Translations under genes and position numbers: made by a program
The notes under the pieces: model-generated
The model's input: the letters and a program-made list of their open reading frames with translations, nothing else
Told to the model about the DNA's origin: nothing
Database searches by the model: none
Shown: piece by piece, positions 57,621 through 64,000 of the stretch
Position numbering within the stretch: position 1 is the stretch's first letter
How the letters are laid out: each line of letters starts with the position of its first letter
From: an uncultured Nitrososphaeraceae archaeon
GTDB taxonomy: Archaea > Thermoproteota > Nitrososphaeria > Nitrososphaerales > Nitrososphaeraceae
Assembly: GCA_963729045.1 (NCBI GenBank)
Contig: CAVSMN010000008.1
Span: 1-64,000, forward strand
Direction: 5' to 3'
DNA: 64,000 nucleotides

Positions 57621-57826
57621 TAATCATTACTTATTAGGGTAAATTTATTAATATTTAAATAATTTCCAAATCCTTGATTAACACCACTTAAATTATTAGA
57701 ATGTATGCATGCTACTGCTACAATTCAAATAATTTGTATGGGTGAAACTGACAGATTATTAAACAGGCCATAAAGTCTTATAAGAATTCAAGCACGATGA
57801 TTTATTTTTCAATGGATATAATACCC

Positions 57827-57872
57827 GATTATATTCAATCTTGAACCGTATCCCCACAGATGTATTCAAGCA
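57827..57872 (+). repeat. Family B intergenic repeat
   Basis: GATTATATTCAATCTTGAACCGTATCCCCACAGATGTATTCAAGCA. Confidence 0.8.
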
Positions 57873-58024
57873 AAGAAATTCAGAAATTGGCTAGAGTTCT
57901 ACTCTGTATTATTATTGACCATATATGATACATCTGATCTGATGTATTTCGTAGTTTTTGAGTTATTAATTTTTCCAATTATGGAGAGCACTTGTCGCAG
58001 CATAATGTACACTCATTATGTCCA

Positions 58025-59284
58025 TTATTTGACATAAAGAACACTTGTGGAATTAGGCTTTAATTGATCAATGGTAATTATTGTCTTGTCCTGCTCGTCA
58101 TAAACCACATCTTCTTTTACTAACTGTAGTACCTTGTCTACTTTAAAAGAGATTTCTTCAATCAACTCATTGCCTGATTTTATAGTTATCTTTTGACCTG
58201 TAATTGCAATATTAATTTTTTTTATCTTTCTTATTCGTTGGTATAAATCGAAGAAAGTTGTCTTCCATGAAAAGGGAATTTTATTGAACAGATGTAAAAT
58301 TTGATTCCACTGTTCAAACAAGTTTTTTCTAGTAATAGAATCATGATTCCAATCATAAAAATAATGATGATAGTGGTTTAGAATACCTAGAGGTGTTCTT
58401 TGAACCATGGAATAAGAGATGGTATTGGATATCCATTTTACAAATGTTTGTGAAGATTCTTGTTCTTTTTCTGCATTTTTATTGGAATTTGATATAGGAT
58501 TTATTTTTAGCCTTCTAGGGATATATAGCATTATTCCCTGACTATGCTTGTTATTATAGTAATCGACATTAGACATGATAAAGGGAATAATAAATCCCAC
58601 ATTGGCAAATTTTTTTAAAAGTTTACTTGCAAAATATTTTTTAAAATAACTGGGAACGTATGATGATCTAAAAAATCTATGGTAGTTTGATTGTCCATAG
58701 ATAGGAATCATGCCAAGACTTGATAGGAGATTTAGATTGTGCGTAGAAAAGTCATCAAATGGAGGAACAAACAAAACTGGATTAATATCAAAGGATTTTC
58801 TTATTATATCCCTTCCAATATTTACATAGGATTCAAAGCCTATCTTGTTGTTCTTTTCATAACCATCAGTATTTAGTGACCTGTAATAATGAGTAAATGT
58901 ATCTTTTATAGTTCTGTTTATATCTTCACTCTTTCCGTCAATCTGCTGACTAAACTCTCCTCGACCATCAATTAAATCATGAGTTACACCATGTTGAATA
59001 ATCTCAATCTTACTGTGTCTGATCTTTTCTTTTAAAAATGTGCATAATTCTTCATTGTTCTCAATGGAATGATGTTCTGGAGAGTTCCTGAAATCAGGTG
59101 GGACACAAGCATCATTAATTGTCTTTTGATAAGGTATCACAGATAGACTTACTTTGAATTGATTATTCCATGCGTTAGAATATATTGATTCGAGCATATT
59201 GCTTTTTGTAAAAAAATTAGTATCATCATCTCGAATTAAAATAGGAATTTTACCGTTGGGTCCTAGTAGTGGAGTAATCGTCAT
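58025..59284 (-). CDS. Polysaccharide deacetylase-like (DUF2334/CE4-type) protein
   Basis: LIRDDD, SLSVIP, EIIQHGVTH, GEF, FVPPFD. Confidence 0.75.
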   Translation of the reverse strand: MTITPLLGPNGKIPILIRDDDTNFFTKSNMLESIYSNAWNNQFKVSLSVIPYQKTINDACVPPDFRNSPEHHSIENNEELCTFLKEKIRHSKIEIIQHGVTHDLIDGRGEFSQQIDGKSEDINRTIKDTFTHYYRSLNTDGYEKNNKIGFESYVNIGRDIIRKSFDINPVLFVPPFDDFSTHNLNLLSSLGMIPIYGQSNYHRFFRSSYVPSYFKKYFASKLLKKFANVGFIIPFIMSNVDYYNNKHSQGIMLYIPRRLKINPISNSNKNAEKEQESSQTFVKWISNTISYSMVQRTPLGILNHYHHYFYDWNHDSITRKNLFEQWNQILHLFNKIPFSWKTTFFDLYQRIRKIKKINIAITGQKITIKSGNELIEEISFKVDKVLQLVKEDVVYDEQDKTIITIDQLKPNSTSVLYVK

Positions 59285-59512
59285 CTATTGCTAAAGAAAT
59301 CATTAATGCTTTTAAATCGTCCATTATCATCATACTCTAATGGACCATGTTTATATCAGATAATCATATCATATCATCAGTTTTTGAGGGCTATCTATTT
59401 TTACTTCCTACAAGTTGCTGAAATAAATTAAAAATGAATAGTTAAGGAAATGACATATCTCATAAATCAATATGTCTAGTATGCGATGTTAAATTAAGGA
59501 ATTTTTAAAAAA

Positions 59513-59788
59513 ATGAATTCTAATCATGTAAAGCGAATTGATTTCACTAAATCGGTAGAATATGATGATAAGGAGGATGTTTATTATGTGAAATCGGTTA
59601 CTTCAGGAGAGAGATATAAGGTTAATAAATTAAAGGATAATAACCATTGGTTTTGCACATGTAAAGGATATTTGTATTCGGCTGGAAACCCCAAGAAATG
59701 CAAACATACTCAAAGAATTAGAGTTATTGATCAGTTGTATAAAAAATATGCTGATAAGATTACAAACTTCGAATTAAAAGATAGATAA
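59513..59788 (+). CDS. Small SWIM zinc-finger protein
   Basis: YYVKSVTSGERYKV...WFCTCKGY...KCKH (CxC-xn-CxH). Confidence 0.8.
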   Translation: MNSNHVKRIDFTKSVEYDDKEDVYYVKSVTSGERYKVNKLKDNNHWFCTCKGYLYSAGNPKKCKHTQRIRVIDQLYKKYADKITNFELKDR

Positions 59789-59874
59789 TTGATCTTCATT
59801 AATGTGAACGTTATAGACGTCTATTAATTTTTTATATGGAGATTCTGCCTCGGTTACATAACTAAACCTTACAA

Positions 59875-60067
59875 AAGATCTATAGTTGATTCATGATTTA
59901 GATAGGTATTGTTTTTTTGCACAGGATTATAATCAACCTTGAACCGTATCCCCACGGGCCCGGACCTTGAAAGATCTATAGTTAATTCATGATTTAGATA
60001 GACATTGTTTTTTTGCACAGGATTATATTCAACCTTGAACCGTATCCCCACAGGGCCCGGACCTTGA
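59875..60067 (+). repeat. Two tandem ~96-bp units containing the family B core
   Basis: AAGATCTATAGTT...GCACAGGATTATA(A/T)TCAACCTTGAACCGTATCCCCAC(A)GGGCCCGGACCTTGA at 59875-59970 and 59971-60067. Confidence 0.92.
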
Positions 60068-60133
60068 TTAGTCAACCAGTTGAAAGAGTAGGAGGCTTTT
60101 TTTGTTGGAACCCACGTCAGAAAGACGTAGATC

Positions 60134-60154
60134 CGAGTCCCACTCCCGGCGCCT
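60134..60154 (+). repeat. attR-like perfect duplicate of the tRNA-Ser(CGA) 3' end
   Basis: 21/21 identity to 35675-35695. Confidence 0.9.
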
Positions 60155-60216
60155 AAAACAGGGAATCATACCATATTTTTATATAATTTGACGAATATCA
60201 TCAAGTTATTAGTAAA

Positions 60217-60479
60217 TTGTCAGATGTGGTCGATCAAATAACTTTAGGATTATCTAGACCTTATTTTCGTAACATCCTAAAGAAATTACGTGAAAACAAC
60301 CAAGAAAATGCATACACAATATGTAAACATATTCTAACTGAACAAGCCGAATTTAATATCAAGAATAGCACAAAGGAGGGAAAATTAGGATATTGGTACG
60401 GCTCTCAAACTTTTTTGACGATAGAAAAAGATACCAAGACATGATCAAAGAAGATATTTTTTTTATATTGATTGACTGA
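60217..60479 (+). pseudogene. Truncated N-terminus of a tyrosine recombinase/integrase
   Basis: ENAYTICKHILTEQAEFNIKNSTKEGK continues after a frameshift as IRILVRLSNFFDDRKRYQDMIKEDI, resembling the N-terminal domain of Nitrososphaera-type integrases as I recall them; lies 60 bp from the att repeat; no catalytic domain present. Confidence 0.6.
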
Positions 60480-60637
60480 TTGTGCCAATATTTGTCTATA
60501 TTATGAAATACTTACAGGTATAAAAATACTAAATTTCAAAAAGAAAGTTTGTTTATTCTCATATTGAAATGGTAACTTTTCGTTGGTCAACTTTAAAATG
60601 TATTTTTTTAGTTCGGTTTTCATTTGTTTTTATAAAA

Positions 60638-62319
60638 TTATTTTTTTAAAGGTAAACTAAAACTAAATGTAGCACCATTACCGTCCCTATTGTTTTCAGC
60701 CCAAATCTTTCCGCCATGAGCTTCTATTATGCTTTTTGATATATACAAACCCAAACCAGTTCCAATAAATGAATTTGAAACAAATTTTTTAAATAAATAT
60801 GGCATTATTTCCAGATCAATTCCTAATCCTGTATCTATTACGGCAATTACGACTTCGCTATTATTTTTTTTCTCCATTGTTACAGCTATCGATCCTTTTG
60901 TTGTAAACTTTATTGCATTATTTACAAGATTTGACAATACTTGAGTTATTCTATTTTTGTCTCCTTTTACAACTACGTGACCCTTTGGTGACATCTTTAA
61001 TTTACCATCGTCATTTTCTTTATTGTTAAAGTCATTTTTACATACAAATAATACATTTTCTTTCTTTTTTTCCATATCTATTGTACAATCATTTATTGTA
61101 TTTGATATGACGTCAAGAAGATCAAATTCTCCTATGTCAAGCTTCAATTCATTACTTTCAATTTTAGTTACATCTAGAATATCGTCGGTCAGTTTTTGTA
61201 ACCTTCTTGCATTTCTATATATGATTGACACACCACGTTCTATTTCTTTCATATCAACATGTTTTTTATTTTGAAAATCTCCATTAAGCATTCCTGAAAG
61301 CCCGATAATTGGTTGAATCGGTGTTCTCAATTCGTGAGCAGAAATGTTTAAGAATTGATCTTTCATCTTTTCTGCTTCTTTGACTTTTATATATTGATTT
61401 CGTATAAGAGCATTGCTTTTTTTTAAATTCTTGGTATAGTGTATACTAGATAAAGCAAGTGCTATGATGTTGACAAAATATCCCGCATCTTTAATCACAT
61501 GAGCTAGGTTATGCGCAGTATCAAAAGAAACGGCAGAAAAAGACATTATGATTTGAGCGAATATGTCAATTATGAGATAAATAAGAATACCTTTATAAAG
61601 AACGTCTTTTTTTAGGTAAAGTCGTTTTTTATAGAAAAAGAACAAAGCAAGGACAAACAATATCAGAGGTGGAATCTCATAGGGCCTATGAACGGAGTAA
61701 TCATCTAAAACAGAGGCAGGAAAGACCAAAAATAGTGAGCTCAAAGCAATACTAGATGCCAATACACCTAAAATTATTATATATAGAATGGAGTTGTCTA
61801 TTATATTTTTTTTAGATTTTTAGAGGGGTTGATCTTTTGATCAGTATCATACTGTTTATCAAGATTGACAAGGTCTTCTTCTTCTTCTTTAGATGTGTAT
61901 GAATATTTCACTACTGCAATTAAGAGCATAGCGCTGAGAAAAAATCTTCCTGCAAACCATGTTTGAGGAATGAAATACTTCAAGAAATCAATATTTTCAA
62001 TTAGTGTTATTGATACTATTACGTGTAACATATCAATTAATCCGCTAATTAGAAATCCGATACCAACAAAAAGGCTAAAATTGTCCTTTAAAACTCTTGC
62101 ACGCAGAATATAATAGAAAGCTAATGCTGAAACTAAAATAACTGCAAATAATTCAATATAAAAATGATGGATTTCTGATGCCACCCACAAAAAAGGATCA
62201 AAAGATATGATAGTTAGTATTATGAGAGGTATCATAGGTAAGAGCGTAAATTTGACTAATACTCTAAAGAATACTGAATTATTGTTATGGAATAAACTTT
62301 TATGAATCGTTATAAACAG
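60638..62319 (-). CDS. MASE3-like membrane histidine kinase, frameshift near 61800
   Basis: Paralog of 3840-5557; SAHELRTPIQP, QVLSNLVNNAIKF, DTGLGI, GTGLGL; start uncertain (frame open to ~62320, first ATG at 62235). Confidence 0.85.
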
Positions 62320-62335
62320 AACTTATTTCTATTGA

Positions 62336-63514
62336 TCAATCATTTATTATTGATTTTATTTTTAATATGAAATCTTCTGGTTCTATGGGCTTTCTAATGA
62401 TCTCTTTCATGTTTATTCCAGGAACCGACTCTATTAATTCGTGTACAACATCCAGTGCTGATATCAATAAAATTTTCGCATAGGGATTTATTGCTCTTAG
62501 TTTATGATAAAGCTGAATACCATTTATTCCAGGCATTCGAATGTCCATCAGAATCAAATTATAAAAGTAAGGGCTTTTCTCTGTAAAATGTGTAAAAGCT
62601 TCAATTGAATTTGAAAAAGCCTTGACTTTATAACCTTGTCTATTTAAAAGGGTAGTAAAGGTGTAAAGAATATCTTCTTCATCGTCTATTATTAGAATAT
62701 TGATAATGGTGTTAGCAATAGGTTTTGATAAATTATTTTTCTTTAGTGTATTTTGTATTTCTCTGTAGTCAAGTATAGTTTTATTCCTTTGAATTTCATC
62801 TAGTATACTTACAGAATACAAACAATCAAAATTTTTAACGGATTTGATGTTATTAAAGCCATTATTTTGTAGATTTACCTTATGTATAGCATAGTTGTTA
62901 ATGAATTGAGATTTACTAACTCTATAATATAGTTTTTCCCCAATCCACAATTCTTTTGAAGACACAAAATTATTCATTTTTGAACATTCATTAATAACTG
63001 ATCCAAACAAGTCAACTTCATTAGAATTATCAGACATTGCTATTTCCACCTCTCCATAATCCATACAGATTCTATAATTGATAGGCTGCAATTCATTCTC
63101 GCATAACTGACTATCTAGTATACTACTGGATGAAAGCATTCTCATTCCACATTCAAATACTTCATGAAAGGCCGGCTCGTTGGTTTCGTCACAAGTTTTG
63201 GGAAAATAGAAAAACAGACTATCCCCAATATTTTTAATAACCTTTCCATTGCAATTATTGATTACAGATGACATTGTATTAAGAAATAACGAATAATATT
63301 TTCTCAATTTAGGTGGACTAGATATTTTTGAGGTTTCATTAGTTGAATTAACAATATCAATAATGCCTATACAATATTGCTGAGTATAGTTAATGAATTT
63401 TATTTGATCATTATCATCTGTAAGATTAGCATTTGTAAGATTATCAGGTCTTGATCTAACATAATTATAGGCATCTTTATCATAATCTATACGATTAGAA
63501 CTTAATACTTCCAA
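62336..63514 (-). CDS. Class III cyclase-REC fusion (intact, 392 aa)
   Basis: CIGIIDIVNST, KVIKNIGD, DLFGSVINECSKM, then ILIIDDE, LMDIRMPG, ISAL, RKP. Confidence 0.9.
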   Translation of the reverse strand: MEVLSSNRIDYDKDAYNYVRSRPDNLTNANLTDDNDQIKFINYTQQYCIGIIDIVNSTNETSKISSPPKLRKYYSLFLNTMSSVINNCNGKVIKNIGDSLFFYFPKTCDETNEPAFHEVFECGMRMLSSSSILDSQLCENELQPINYRICMDYGEVEIAMSDNSNEVDLFGSVINECSKMNNFVSSKELWIGEKLYYRVSKSQFINNYAIHKVNLQNNGFNNIKSVKNFDCLYSVSILDEIQRNKTILDYREIQNTLKKNNLSKPIANTIINILIIDDEEDILYTFTTLLNRQGYKVKAFSNSIEAFTHFTEKSPYFYNLILMDIRMPGINGIQLYHKLRAINPYAKILLISALDVVHELIESVPGINMKEIIRKPIEPEDFILKIKSIIND

Positions 63515-63871
63515 TTATCTGCAAATCCTACTATATATCACACGGAACTGCTATATATTGTTACATATTGTTATTTGTTCACAATAACAAACTAAGGATT
63601 TGTAATTAAATTGTAGTAGTCTTGGGCTCCAGCAATACAATCTCACACAAACTGATATATTTTTTAACTTTAGTTTATCATGTATTTTCTAAAATTTTCG
63701 ATTATAAGTTGAAGTCATCGTTATTTCTACCCTGGCATTCCTGTATTCTAAGAATAATTTTGATTTAGTATCAATATATCTGAATTTGGATGGAGTGACC
63801 ATCATCATGTCCACTAAGAAGACCTAATTCTTGAATCATTCTTTCAAATTGTAAAATTTGAAGTATCGAAT

Positions 63872-63918
63872 TTGGAACCCCGTCTGAAAGCCGTAGATTC
63901 GAGTCCCAACTTCGTCTG
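63872..63918 (+). repeat. att-like junction repeat
   Basis: TTGGAACCC-CGTCTGAAAGCCGTAGATTCGAGTCCCA matches 60105-60142 (TTGGAACCCACGTCAGAAAGACGTAGATCCGAGTCCCA); the right side AACTTCGTCTG matches the family A end at 52104-52114. Confidence 0.8.
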
Positions 63919-64000
63919 TGTTTGTTATTTATCCATGGTTGTATTCAATCCCACATTGAACATGCCACTATATCCGCCATCGGACTTTGATACATTAAGC

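Larger units (their letters stand above)
35675..60154. mobile_element. Genomic island (about 24.5 kb, probably composite) integrated at the tRNA-Ser(CGA) 3' end
   Basis: Perfect 21-bp direct repeat CGAGTCCCACTCCCGGCGCCT at 35675-35695 and 60134-60154; accessory and decayed genes between. Confidence 0.8.

Noticed and set aside
59875..60067. CRISPR array
   Set aside because: Only two units, the sequence between cores is itself duplicated (no unique spacers), and no cas genes are in the window.

Overview
Low-GC archaeal chromosome segment. Gene content and protein style point to an ammonia-oxidising Nitrososphaeraceae member, most like Ca. Nitrosocosmicus (inferred, not searched). Layout: (1) 0.3-9.6 kb, a signalling cluster with two class III nucleotidyl-cyclase/receiver fusions, a MASE3-type membrane histidine kinase, a soluble kinase and a receiver; (2) 9.9-35.5 kb, housekeeping genes (ADP-forming acyl-CoA synthetase, M20 peptidase, class II HMG-CoA reductase, hisGDC, XPF, exosome superoperon, rpoD-L18e-L13-S9) and an intron-containing tRNA-Ser(TGA); (3) an intron-containing tRNA-Ser(CGA) at 35554-35692, followed by an accessory region of about 28 kb. 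That region contains several copies of the tRNA 3' end (a perfect 21-bp copy at 60134-60154 beside a truncated integrase-like gene), two families of intergenic repeats lying between small gene modules, decayed pseudogenes, and a third cyclase-REC gene with a second MASE3 kinase. Many single-base frameshifts in essential genes suggest consensus errors in the assembly. The best candidates for a new system are the tRNA-anchored, repeat-punctuated gene-accretion array and the recurrent, apparently mobilised cyclase-REC/MASE3-kinase module.
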